Made by a program: the position numbers and the translations under genes. Below are positions 1 through 13,194 of a stretch of 64,000 nucleotides of DNA, in pieces. The stretch lies in NCBI RefSeq assembly GCF_006345805.1, contig NC_043009.1:43524001-43588000 (forward strand), in the 5' to 3' direction. The stretch comes from Octopus sinensis (lineage: Eukaryota). How positions within the stretch are numbered: the first letter of the stretch is position 1; each line of letters starts with the position of its first letter. The notes under the pieces were generated by a model. That model saw only the letters and a program-made list of their open reading frames with translations. It was not told the DNA's origin and searched no databases.

Positions 1-2833
1 AATGAACAGATTGCATTCCTCTCCTATGTACACATAACACATTAGTTTGAGCAATATTAGAACACCATAAAAAGTATTTCCAAACCATTCTTTTGATTGA
101 TGATATGGAAATAGGATTTCTTCAAGACATTTCTCTAATTCTAATATCATGCCTAACTTGAAAGCAGAGATTCAAGATTCAATTGACAAAATATATTTAC
201 CCCCACCCCACCAAAAACTCAGTTTGAATTAAAAATAATTATTTCCCAGGGATATTTTGTAGTTAAAAAGTAAACAGAACTAAGGAAAAATTTTTATTGT
301 TGAGTAAATATTCAACAAAAAAGGATGAACCTGTTAACTAAAAATTGGCATAAGATTTATATTTTTAATAGTTAATGATAGATTTTCAGCAGAAATATAA
401 TTATTATTAAATGTACAAATTAAGTCAACCCCTTTCTTCCAATTCACTTTACACTGCCCCTCTATGATATAAACTTAATGTTTTAAGTGAACTAAATTAA
501 GCCTTTTATCAAAATTTCATGATAATTTATGTCCTAAACTTAATGATGAAGGGGGTTTTAATGAATTCATTATTTTCATCAGTTTCAGACAATTCTACAT
601 AATTGGCATATGAATGGGCCATGATACTACAAAACTTGTCTTAAAATGACTGAACAGATTCTCTTTTCTGGTAGTGCTATTAAGTTAGACATGGTCTCGA
701 CCAATCTTTGGCCAAGGTATTACAACCAACACACATCTGTTCATGAATGCATGCATGTATGTATATATATATATATATAATATATATATATATACATACA
801 TACAGACATGTGTGTATAGGTTGTAAGGCAAACATATCACTATACATTAAATCTTAAAGAGTGACTGATTCCTTATTTCTTCTCTAATAGGGAACCACTA
901 CACAAGAAGAGGAGGATCCATGTGATATCATGTCGTTTACTCACATATTTCAACTCAGAAATAATTATAGAAAATGTGAAGTTTTTTTGCTCGGCTAATT
1001 AAGTACTTGTAGTAACTTTCGTTCTATTGTATGTAAGGGGGTGCCTTTATTTTGATTCTTAGAACAGAGTCCAGTAGAATAATGGACTAGATATTATCAA
1101 CATCACTATCAATATCATTATCATCATCATCATCATCATCAAAGAATGCTGTTAGTTTGTGTTAACTTTTGGAGAAGGGGCAAGATTCCTGCCACCACAA
1201 TTAGGTAACATACACACACGCACACACAAAATGCATAGCTTCTTTTTCCAAGACTGAGGTCAAAAGTTTTTTGTTTCTTTTTTATTGAAACCCCAAATTT
1301 AGCTCTACAGTAATAAAAAAGGGGAGAGTGTTTGTTCACCCCCACAAAACTGCAGCTGTCAAAGTTAAGAAAAAAAATATCGGTACCTCAAGAATGTCAT
1401 TAGTTTTCTTGCATTACTAGTATTTATGATTGATTAGTTGGGTGTGGTTTGGTTTTTGGTGGTGGGGGGTCAGGAAAGTTATTTTCTGTTAGCAGTTAAT
1501 GTTGATCGATTTATTTGCAAATATTGCAGAATGTCAAATCAGTAAATAAAAATGGTCTAATGATTAGTTGAACCAATTAAGAATTTCAAAAATGAAATCT
1601 ATTTTAATTTTTTTTTTTAATGGAAAGAAAGGGGGCCTTTTCTTAAGAAACAAATAAACAAACACAGAAATAAAAGAAAGAAAGAATTCAGAAGCCCAAG
1701 CACCTTGATGGCTAATAACCTTCAGAGAACAATGAACAAATGGGAACTAATAGCATGAAGTACAAGCAATAATGCATTGCCGATAGCCACAGAACAGGTA
1801 CCAGGTATAATGTTTAAGACTAAAATCCTTGCAGTGTTTGCATAAGATTTCTTTTGAGGTATAGAAATTCATTTTCTTAGTTGTACTGTTTACAAGACAT
1901 CACTAAAGTGGAATTGCGAAAGTTCCATTCCATAAATGGCTAATGAACCACTGATGGTGCTTGATATCTCCAAATCTTTCTTTCTCTCTCAAGGTGTCCG
2001 AACTCTTGTACTGTCACTTAGACAAAATTTGAAACATCTACACAATGACATTTATAGAATCAACCATTTCTTTTTTTATATTCTATAAGAAAAATTTTGA
2101 GAAAAAAAAAAAACTTTTTAAAGATTTATTTAAAAAAAAAAAAAAACTAAGTTGAAAACCAAAAAAAAAAAAAACACAAAAGAACTACACAACTTCAGCT
2201 ACTAGTCGAAGAGATAGCTTGTTCCAAGACAGTATCCTCTCAGACATTCAGCTGTCCCTGTGTCTCTTTCTCTCTTAGTGGAGATGTCACAAGGTGGTGG
2301 GTTGGGGGAAGGGATAGGTGCAGCAGGAAGTCAATTGTTTATAATTTGTGGAATCCATCTTAATCTGGTCACAACCAATTCTTTTCAATTGAACACAAAT
2401 AAGAGAGATTAAATCTTGCTTTGTGTTAGTCTATAATTGGTTTGGTCATGTTATGTCTTTTAGCTTATATAGAGGGCAGAGGGAACCAATGACAAGTTTA
2501 CAGTCATGAAATGAAAGTTAGCAAAATAAATAGTAAATATTATATATTCATGAGGAGGATGATGATGATGATGATGATTGTGATGTTAATAATAATATCA
2601 ATCATGTGAGAAAATTATTTGAATAAAATAAAGATTGATTTTTTTTTTGATTTTCATAGTGCTTATAGAGAGAAACAAAGGTATTTGAAATAAACTTATA
2701 GGGACAGCAGGCAAGTTTGGAAGATTTAAAGTTCATGTCATTCTCAAGTTTAAAAAAATGGTTCCAAGAGGAAACAAGGAAAGATTTTGCAGATTTAATT
2801 CAACTGAATCTGCAAAAACTTTGTAGTAGTAGT

Positions 2834-3019
2834 AATCCTTTTTACTATAGGCACAAGGCCTGGAATTGTGAGGAAAGGGACTAGCTTATTACACTGACCC
2901 CCGAAAGGATGAAAGGTAAAGTCGACCTTAGTGGAATTTGAACTCAGAACATAGCGATGGGTGAAATACCACTAAGCATTTCACCCAGTCTGCTAATGAT
3001 TCTGCCAGCTCGCTGCCTT
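2834..3019 (-). mobile_element. Family A SINE, A1 tail
   Basis: aatcctttttactataggcacaaggcc...gaaaggatgaaaggtaaagtcgacc...ccagctcgctgcctt. Confidence 0.75.
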
Positions 3020-4606
3020 ATTATTATTCATAATAATAATAATGATGATGATAACTATAATGAATTTTTTATGCCAATTAGAAATTGGTTTCATTACTTG
3101 AGCTCTTTTACTGGAAACAAGTGGCATTTACATACTGAATAAAAATTGGGCCAATAACATAAAAAAAAAAAAAAAATTCCAGGTACGGAGAAAGTCAAGA
3201 GGAGTAAGATGCTTCTGGAAGGGTCTTGTTCAATACTTCATACCTTTATTACATGCTATGTATGTATGAGAACACTATTGTTTTGTTTGTTAGTTAGTTT
3301 TTGACACCCTTGATTTTACCTAGGTCCTCAAAGGGTTTGCTCTCTACTGATATAGCCGCTGGCAAATACTACTAACACATAAGCTCATAACATTTTACCG
3401 GAGGAATATGATCAATTATACTACACTAACAGCTTGATTGGTACTATTTTATATTGGCTCTGGAAAGAATGAAAGGCAAAAGAAAAGTCCAGCAGGGTTA
3501 GAACACAGAGCAAACTAAATACAGCATGGTATTTGTTTAACAATTGCTCTACCAATTCTGCCAATCACTGCCCTATATGTTGCCAATTCATACCTTCTGT
3601 GCTTCAACACTCCATGTCCAGTGCATCATACGTTTTAATGTCCACTTTTCCATGCTTGCCAGGGTCAGAGAGAATTCACTTAGGCAGATTTTCTACAGCT
3701 GGACACTTCCCTGTTGCCAACACTCACCTATTTCCAAGCGCAAGGTATATATATATATCAATGTCCTCATTAATTGTTTTTCCATGCTGGTGTTGGCTGG
3801 AGAAAACTTATTGAGCCAGTATTCACCCAGTGGACGTTTCTTGTTACTGACCTGCACCTGTTTCCAAATAGTGTTAATACTCATCATGCCGCACTATGCT
3901 TTCACATTTTGGCACAGGACCAGTGATTTCATGGGGAGGATGGGTTAGTTGATACCATCAATCTCAGTACTTGATTGGTATTTTATCAACCCTGAAAGGA
4001 TGAGTGGACAAAGTTTGACCGTGGCACTCCCAATGTTTTAATGCTTCTGCTAAGGGTTCCCAGTTTCCATCCACCAATTTCACTCCCAAAGTATTTGTTA
4101 GCCAAAGGCTATAGCAAAAAGGCTTATTTCTGTCCAGAATGCTGTGCAGAAGAATGGAACAGCAAAACACGTGACTATTAAAGTTCTTATTGTTAGTTAT
4201 CACAAAACACACACAATGTTGCAGATGAAAAAAACAAAAACCATCTCAATCTGACTAGCACTCATGGATGAAGTTTTCTGTCTTGTTCTGTCTGTTGACT
4301 AATTTATGCGGTTTTCTGTCGTAAGAGCTGAAATGCAATGCTGAAGGAACTCTGGGGTCGCATTAACGAGCTAGAGAGAGAGAGAGAGAGAGAGAGAAAA
4401 GAAAGGAGAAAAAGGAAAAAAAAAAAACATCATTGTTTAACTCCCCACTGAGTACAGTTCAAGGTGTCTGCCCACAGACAGAACCACATTCCTGGAAGGT
4501 TTGTTAGTATTGCAGACTTTTGGTGAGATGAGTTTCCTTGCATTTGAACTAATCTACCTAAAACTATTACAAGAAACTAATTGAATGAATGAATGAATGA
4601 ATAATT

Positions 4607-4639
<33 letters not shown>

Positions 4640-4882
4640 GTGAATGAAATAAACTGAGTGTGTGAGGAATTCAAATAAGTATTGTTGAATGTTTTCAAAT
4701 AATTAAAACAAAGAAACCAAAATGCTTTCATAATCCTTATTATTCGAATATTTATTATTATTATCATTATTATTATTATTATTTAGTTGCAGTAGTAATG
4801 TTTATGATGCACTGACAAACATAAAAGCCAGCTTTGTCATTGCTAATCATCTTGCATTTACTGTGTCTATGTGTGTTCTATA

Positions 4883-4925
<43 letters not shown>

Positions 4926-6253
4926 TTATGACTATGTATGTATGCATGTGTGTTTACGTCTGGTTTCTGTGATGGGTGACTGAAGAGGAAAGTAGGGGTT
5001 TCAACAGAGGAAAACAACAACAACAAAAAAAAATATATAAAAGAGTGAGGATTTGGGTAGTGTTGGAAGCACAGACATGAATATGGAATAAGGGTCCTGT
5101 ATTTTTCTTCTTCTTTTCTTGAAAAAAAAAAAGCAAGAAAAAACACAAAATAAAAAAAAAATAGAGACAAGTAACGGGGTCATAGATGGCAATGGCATTA
5201 AAGTTAAACCAAGAACCAAATTGCATTCTTCAACTTCTGCCAAAAGAAATTAAAAAAAACAAACAAAAATAAAACAAAAACAAAATGATATGGGAGGTGG
5301 GGGGAGAATAAGAAAAATGTGTTTTTTTCTTGTTGAACAGTTTTGTTTTCACTGTCTCTCTGTTATTTTTTTAAACCATAATTCAATTTCATTGTTATTG
5401 TTTTGCTTTTTCTTAATATAATTTTTTTCAATTGTCTTTTTCTTGTTTTTAGTTTTTTAATAACTTTTAATTTGCATTTGTCACTGATTTTTAAATTTTT
5501 TATTTCTTTGTCTTTCTGGAAAAAATTAATTCCTATTTCTCTTTTTTGTTTTTTTGAATAATAATAAAATAATAATAATAATTATTATCATTAATTTTAT
5601 TATTTTTATTATAATTTATTGATATTATTATTTATTTATTTAGATTTGTTTTTTAAAGTTTGACATTCTTTTCCATTTCCAATCACCTCATTGTCCACTT
5701 ATAAATCTTTTTTTTGTTTATAATTGCAATTGTTCATTAATAATAATAATATTAATAATAATAATAATAATAATACCAATAATAATTATTATTATCATCA
5801 TCATTACTTAATTTCTTGAGTTTCTTTCATTTATTTGTTTGTTTAATAGAAGAAACCAGTTCCAATAGTCTGGAAGAATATATATATATATGGATGATCT
5901 GTCAATATATATGTAAATATATATATAGGCATTTCTGCTTGCACATACACGTGAATGTACAAATCTGTTGATGTGTGTGTATATATGCATACATATATAT
6001 AGATGTATGTATATTTATATATATACTTACATACACACACACATATACAATATTTTATCTTTTATTTTTTCTTTCCAAATGTCATGTTTTTCCCTACTTT
6101 TTTGTCATGGCCTGCTCAGATTCTCAGTCACCTTGGGCCATATTGTCAAATCAGAGAGCACAGACAGACAGACACACACACACACACTGACAGACAGACA
6201 GACAGTCAGTCCTATTAAATTCAGGTTCTGTTGTTGTGTATTGATGTTGTTGG

Positions 6254-6495
6254 CTATGATACAGATGCTGCAACTTCGCCGAGCTGCATGTGTGAACTAT
6301 TGCTGCCAGCCGTGCTGTATGAAGCGTCCAGACTCACATCGGACATAATATCGTTAATATCGCTGCCATCTCCGTCTTCACTGTTTGTTTCATCGGATTT
6401 GAGTTTACCCTGGAATTCTGAATCTTTGCCATCTTTACCAGACATATTGGACCCTAGTAATTGGTTGGTGTCATAGGGTGAGCTATTTTCACTTC
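6254..6495 (-). CDS. SoxD: SoxD terminal coding exon, 242 nt, acidic/Ser-rich C-terminus ending in TAG
   Basis: Acceptor tatttctgcag|GA (phase 1 matches). Encodes SENSSPYDTNQLLGSNMSGKDGKDSEFQGKLKSDETNSEDGDGSDIND...AASVS*. An acidic tail is typical of SoxD. Confidence 0.85.
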
Positions 6496-6999
6496 CTGCA
6501 GAAATAAATAAATAGATAAATAAATAAATATTGATGAGGTATTCTCAATTATGAAATGAAGAAAAAAACTAATTAACAAAATAATGCATACAATATAAGA
6601 TATATAGCTTAATCCTTTAGCATATATAAGCCGACCATATCCAGCCAAAATGTCCTATGTGCTTTATGTTCAAACTGGCCAAATCCAGTCCTTAACACCT
6701 ACCCTACAGTATCATGTTAAAAGTAAACAATTGAATAATTGAAATCACAAAGCTACAAGATAATACATGATTAATTTAAAACAAGATGAATACTAAAGGG
6801 TTACATAAGTAATTTAAGATATATAATTTAATCCATTAGCATCAAAACTGGCCATATCTGGCCAAAATGTTCTATTTGTTTTAATCTCACACTGGCTAAA
6901 TCCAGTCTGTCACACATTCCCTGAAAGGAAACAATCCAGTAATCAAAATCTTAAAACTACGAGATAATGCACGATTAATTCAAAACAAGGGGAATACAT

Positions 7000-7293
7000 A
7001 AGTTAGTTAGTTAGCTAGTTAATTTTTTGGCTCAAAAAGCAAAAAAGCAAGGCCATGTAGGGGGACATGGAGTTATGTACAGGGTGGTGTTCATGTAAAG
7101 AGTTCAGGCCACTTGTGGTCAAGGGAGACTTTGAACCGAGAGGTCGTCGGCATCTTCACCATCTCGTCCGGCAGCTTATTCCACGGATCCGCAACCCAGA
7201 TGGAGAAAGCCCCTCTCCTTCGACTGAGATGAAATCGTCGCAGATAGAGCTTTTCGGAACGACCCCGCAGCCGACGCTGCATTGGACAGAGTA
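7000..7293 (-). mobile_element. CR1/L2-type LINE 3' fragment (ORF2 C-terminus, 3' UTR stem-loop, (CTAA)n tail)
   Basis: Translation RGRSEKLYLRRFHLSRRRGAFSIWVADPWNKLPDEMVKMPTTSRFKVSLDHKW matches the CR1 ORF2 end. Hairpin ccatgt-ccccct-acatgg followed by a ctaa repeat tail. Confidence 0.8.
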
Positions 7294-7304
7294 ATATGAA
7301 TGCT

Positions 7305-7557
7305 AAAGGGTTAAATATATTGACTCTGTAGTTAGAAGCATCTGTTTCATATCTCACTCAGAATCTTCATCAGGAGACAAATATTTGTCTCCTGATGAAG
7401 GTGTTTGTAGGACCAAAAAACAGGTAAGTCTACAAAGGATTAAATATATTGATTCTATAGCTAGGAGCATCTGTTTCACATCCTAGTCAGAATCTTCATC
7501 AGGAGATATTTGTCTCCCGACTAAGGTGTTAGTACGATCCATAACAGATAAGTCTAC
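7305..7557. repeat. Two diverged tandem ~129-bp units; unit 1 contains a perfect 36-bp palindrome (7365-7400)
   Basis: cttcatcaggagacaaat|atttgtctcctgatgaag. The minus strand of both units reads CTGATGA...GAAAC. Confidence 0.75.
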
Positions 7558-10500
7558 CCGAAAGAATACTGTGCATATAAGAAAATAAGTAACTGAATAA
7601 CTAAACAGACATCAATTCCAGTTATTTATTTAACTCTTTAGCATCCAGATTACTCTGTCAAAAGTAATGCTTGTTTATTCACATTGTTTTGCATTAATCA
7701 TACAATATATCATAACTCCAAAATTTCAATGATGTGATTGGAGTGACAGTAAGGTATGAGAGTCCAAATCTGGCCCGCTTGAACAAAACAGGTAGAATAT
7801 TTTAGCCATATATGGCAAGTTTAAATGTTAGAGGGCTAGCATTCAGGTTATTCTGTCAAATGTCATGCTTCTTTTGTCACATTGTTTTCGATTAATGATG
7901 CATTATGTCATAGCTTTTGAGATTTCAATGATGAAATCATTTACTTTTGTAATAACATTACAGGGTACGTGTGAGAGGCCAGATCTAGCCAATTTGAACA
8001 TATACTAAAGGTTTAATGCCCCTAAAAGCTACCAATCTGAGAACACCTATATGAATATAATCATATTTAATTTAAAGTCTTGATCTATTTTTATTACAAC
8101 ATAAAACAATAATGTGAAAATTCAGAGCTAAAACACCGGACATGATATATGATATTTTTTACTAAAGACTTCCAAAATCTTAATTATATAAAAAATCAAT
8201 TGAAACATTTGGAGGGTTTGCTCATTAGAAATACTGCTACAAAAGGGTTGGGCAAATCTTAAGTCATATCTATTTCTTAAATGGAAGTCACATGCAACAA
8301 ATACATTCACAAACATGAATCATAGTAAAGTATTTATTATACGTTCACATATACACAATACAAAATTACAAACAAAACATAAAAAACTGGGACAATTTTT
8401 CATAAACCAAAGTGAAAACTGAATCCACAAATTATTCTCAGCTTTCTTATAATATTCCATACTCCACGAAGAGATCAAATAGTTTAGTAAAAATAGGATG
8501 TTTTTAACATAGGGGTCCAGCAGAGTAAGAGAGGAGCAAAAGGGGCCCATAGGTAAAAAAAATAGTTGACGATCACTGGTCCAGTTGTATAAACTGCTTT
8601 TGGGGACGATCTGAACTATGTCATTTGTTTACTTAGATTTCTTTTTAGGCCCCCATTTGAGATTAGTGTATTTATTGGGTGTCTAATCAGCTGTTCTTTG
8701 TCCGGCCCTTTTTTAATGGGGAATAGTTCTAAATTTATTCTGTAGCAACTGAGCCCTTGTACCCCATTGAAATAGATACAACGGATGCTCATCTTGAATT
8801 GCTTCATATTAACGTCTGTGGGACAAGAATGTCGTACACAGGGAGTAAATTCCAGAGGGTTAACATGAGGCCTGAGACAAGAGACACTGGATTTGTGACT
8901 AGAGGAAAAAATTGGTTCTTCTGTGGAATTTGGGTTGTGATGGTATTGGGCAGGAAAAATCATAGGTAAGGATGACATACTGGGGGAGAAAGGGAAAGAG
9001 TTAGTGTAGGGCCTGAGACAGGAGATGAATGTATGATAAGAAAGAAAAATGGGCACATCCAATGAACCTGGATAGATATGATATTAGACAGGAATCTCCA
9101 TTAAAAACTAAGTTCCAGAAGTTTGACAACCGGGTGGAGAAAGAACTAGGTACAGGGGTTAGTATGTGGTCTGGGATGGATGGCACAAAATATTTGATAA
9201 GAGAAGGAAATAAATACATCCAGTACGCTTGATTTTGAAATGGTATACAACCAGTTAGCTACTATTTCTTGTAAAGATTGACCTTTATTTCAAGCTAAAC
9301 CAATGAAAGGTTCAATAATATTAACAGATATCAAAGACATTTTAGGAAAAGAAAAAAAAAGGGAAGGGTGTAACAGGACAAGAAATTCAAACAGTGACAA
9401 CTACACAGGCGAGAAAATAAAATCTTACCTGGCCAAAGAGTGCCATATTTACTATTTTCTAACGAAATTTCATTTCCTAGAGATTTGTTCAGCATTGCCA
9501 CATCTGTTAAGTAAAAGCAATGTGGATAATATATATATATATATTGCTCTTATATGTTATGAAGCATAGGGTGTGTATGTCATGCACACTTAGATATATA
9601 TATATATATATTTACATGGGTTTGTATACGTGTAGTTTATACATACATATAATAATACAATTACATATATGCACACATACACAAATACACACATGTATAA
9701 GCCGAAAGACCAGTTCTTTACTACAACACTACAGTATAAAATGAGCAAGGCATAGGACACTAGCAGAAGGGAAATGGTGCTTCACTAACAGACGCAAAAG
9801 AAGTGAGGTTTTGTGGCAATGCTTATAGGAGGACTCTTAAAAGACAGCAAAGCTACTTTTTTTTTGACAGGAGAATTAAATATGGAGATTTTTATGAATG
9901 GATGCATCTCCTAATGTTAAATTTATGGGCCTTTTCTCTAACCCTCTTCCTTTCCCTAATATAGCAACCATCTCCCTAACATGGTTTTCATTTTATTGTA
10001 TATACACATACACACATATAAATATATGTATGTATGTTTGTATATATGAGGATGTTAACATGATGTGATAAAGGATCTGTTTGCGAATATTGAACTTAAG
10101 GAAGTCTAAAGGATGGATTTGTTCCTCCTACGTTACGAATGGTCAGAGTTAGTGGGAAAAGAGGGTGAAGGAAAAACAAACACAGCTAAAACAGAAAATA
10201 AAACAAGAAGACATGCAAAAAGAAAAAAAAACTAAAAATAGAGTCAAACACACACATAAAAAATAAACACATCAAATACACTATTTGCTTCAATTAATTC
10301 TTATTATAATGAAGAATTTAATAAAGTAACCATCATAATTAACCTGATGTTTGGAATGTAAAGTAACATCAATTTTGATAGAGGATTCTAGTTTAAATTG
10401 TTTTAAAACAGGGAATTTGTATGATTGAACTGTGGGGTGGTCTCAGAATGAAAACCAGACATGGTGTGAAACCTGGTAGCCTGGAGACCTGAAATTTATT

Positions 10501-10877
10501 TAGGGAAATTCATATGCCACCACTGATGATAGCTCAAAGAGCAAAGAGAAATTCTTTTTCTTTATTGTTATGATATAACACTTTTTGATCTGAGATTGTG
10601 TTGAAACTAAGACAGTTGTAGCGGGTAAGACACAAGTTAGCCATTCAAAAACACACAAAGACTGTTAACTTCACTTAAACATTTATTGTTTGTGATATGG
10701 TGTCTAATGTTTCGTCACTCAAAATTGTGTCCTAATCACTGACAATAAGTGTGTTACATTTTTAGATGCTGCATGCATTTGTGAGTTTTATGAGACAAAA
10801 ATTCTGACACTGTATTACAAACAACAAATGTTTAAGAGAAGTTAATGGTTTAGTTATTTTAATCTAGGAGTATTTAC

Positions 10878-11011
10878 CTTCCACATAAGTTGTTCCACTT
10901 TCATTGTACCAAACTCGTCGGATGTCTTGTCTTCGACTTTTCATCAAAGCTTTATATTCTGATATCCGCAGTTTCTTCCCATCTACTATGCATGTTCTTT
11001 TTGGCCTTGGT
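10878..11011 (-). CDS. SoxD: SoxD exon, 134 nt, post-HMG conserved tail (not in the ORF track)
   Basis: Acceptor actttttgcag|A; hand translation [44 protein letters not shown]; donor GAAG|gtaaat (phase 1). Confidence 0.95.
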
Positions 11012-11212
11012 CTGCAAAAAGTAAGTGGAATAAAACTTGAAATACATTGTCAAAGTGACCTGCCAATAATAACATCTTTGAATTATTTTCTATCACATAT
11101 TTTGATAAAGGAACACTTCACCAAAATATATGAGAAGCATTAAATAACCTACGTAGGCCTTATTTTTTGTTACAAATAACTGAATTATAGCCAAGATATG
11201 AATAATACTTAC

Positions 11213-11318
11213 CGATACCGGTAATCTGGATGTTTCTCCATATGTAACTTGCTTAGACGAGATTGTTCTTCATAATACGGTTGTTTCTCAGCATTAGACA
11301 TAGCTTTCCATTTGGCCC
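11213..11318 (-). CDS. SoxD: SoxD exon, 106 nt, C-terminal half of HMG box
   Basis: Acceptor tctttgatag|GG; encodes [34 protein letters not shown]; donor TATCG|gtaagt (phase 2). Confidence 0.97.
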
Positions 11319-11832
11319 CTATCAAAGAAATAACATGTAAAAATAAATAAATACAAAGGTTAAAAAGATCTCTGAAGTTATCAAACTGATTGAAAGTAAA
11401 TTTCAAAGACACAACTAAGAACCTTCAATGAAATTTTCTTATCATTTTATCAAAATTTATTCCCCTAACCCAACATAATTATAGTTTAAATACTGAATCT
11501 TTATGAAAAGCCAAGAAGCCATTTTGAAATGTTTCCTACACACAAGCTCTGACTGTCAGTAATGGAAACAAACATTATTCTATCTATTTCTTTCTGTTTC
11601 AATAACTGTAAACTTTGCACATGTTTATGTACAATGAATACATTGATTTACATTTCTGCTTATCTTACTTATCTATCTCTATATTCATTCAAAAAAAAAA
11701 AAAACAAAAAAAAAAACCCCCAAAATAAAAATGTCTATTTTAAAATTTTAAAGGTTTATAAGCTCCCCAAGTAAAATTTCTATACATATATGAATAAATA
11801 ACAGAATAATGACGTAGAAATAAATGACTTAC

Positions 11833-12003
11833 CCAAAATCTTGCTAATGTTAGAATTATGCATGTCAGGACATGCTTTCAGAATTTTCCTTCTCTCTTCT
11901 CTTGCCCATACCATGAATGCATTCATTGGTCGTTTTACATGGGGCTTGCTTGGGTCAGGTTTCTCTTTATGAGCACGGATGATTTTGGCACCAAACATTT
12001 TGC
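11833..12003 (-). CDS. SoxD: SoxD exon, 171 nt, N-terminal half of HMG box
   Basis: Acceptor aaatttcag|GC; encodes [56 protein letters not shown]; donor TTGG|gtaagt splits the Gly codon, the intron position known for SoxD HMG boxes. Confidence 0.97.
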
Positions 12004-12117
12004 CTGAAATTTAAATATTTCATATTGTAAATGCGGTCAACTGGATTCCCTTGACGTCTGTGTTACAACAAAATGGCATTTTATAAATATCTATCTATCT
12101 ATATATATATATATATA

Positions 12118-12346
12118 CTTTATTTAAAAGCAGCAGAAAATTCTACAAAACCTGTTACTCTGAGTTTCATGTTCCTGTTCGTCGGACAGTTTTTGCTAGA
12201 AAAAACTGTCCGACGAATGGGAACGTGAAACTCAGAGTAACAGGTTTTGTTGAATTTTCTGCTGCTTTTAAATAAAGCATATTACTCTACTCCTGGTATT
12301 TGAGTACTCTTTTTTCCACCTTGTTTCACATTTATGTATTTACTCC

Positions 12347-12351
<5 letters not shown>
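12118..12351. mobile_element. Penelope-like P1 element forming a 160-bp near-perfect palindrome (12118-12277) with an HHR-like motif in each arm
   Basis: 77-nt arms with about 4 mismatches around the centre gctag(a). Sequence shared with 24455-24620 and 49455-49610. Confidence 0.65.
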
Positions 12352-12409
<58 letters not shown>

Positions 12410-12989
12410 CAGGTGTGGTAAGAAGTTTGCTTTGCTACCACATGATTCTGGGTTTAGTCCCACTGCACGAGCACCTTGGGCAAGTGTCTTCTACTATAGC
12501 ATTGGGTCAACCAAAGCTTTGTGAGTGGATTTGGTAGATGGAAACTGAAAGCCCATCGTATATGTTGACCCCGGCAGAATTTGAACTCAGAATGAAGCGA
12601 CAAGTGAAATATTGCTAAGCATTTCATCCTGCATGCTAATGTTTTCTGCCAGCTTGCCGCCTTAATAATAATAATAATAATAAAAATGTAATGAGTTCTT
12701 ACACAGCACAAGGCCTCAAATTTTAGGGGCAACTATGGTTGATGACAAATGGCATCAAAACTGAATTGGAACAATTTTTTTTTCTTGCTGGAAATATATT
12801 CAGTAAAGTCCACTTTGGCTGTGGGAGTTTGAACTCAAAATGCCAAGAGATGCAATTAACTATGAAAAGATATTTTCTCTGCTGCTATTTCACCATTTCT
12901 ACCAATTTAACACTGCAGGCACCACCATTCTGCTGACCCTATCACAGAAACAATAGCCAAGGAAAGTGTTTAATACAGGAGGTACTTAC

Positions 12990-13194
12990 TCTGCAAATGT
13001 TGGACATAGGTGTGATTCTCTTCATGAGACATCTCCGCAGGCATCATAACCCTGTTGTCTTTGCATGCAGCCAGCTGCGATAATTGAGGCATTGTTGTTG
13101 AAGGAACTGCATACATGGGTAAGTGCATTGGAAATACTTGGTTGTTAACATTCTGAGAGAGCTGTCTGACGAGAACCTCTTGGACCAAACTGTC
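12990..13194 (-). CDS. SoxD: SoxD exon, 205 nt (DSLVQEVLVRQ...YVQHLQ)
   Basis: Acceptor ttctattcacag|GAC (phase 0); donor CAGA|gtaagt (phase 1). Frame joins both neighbours. Confidence 0.9.

Noticed and set aside
1300-6253. SoxD 3' UTR end and polyadenylation site
   Set aside because: Many AATAAA hexamers in AT-rich sequence; the site used cannot be chosen without transcript data.
12195-12208. 14-mer gctagaaaaaactg shared with the hAT MITE end near 56026
   Set aside because: Low-complexity match of a length expected by chance in a self-comparison of this size.
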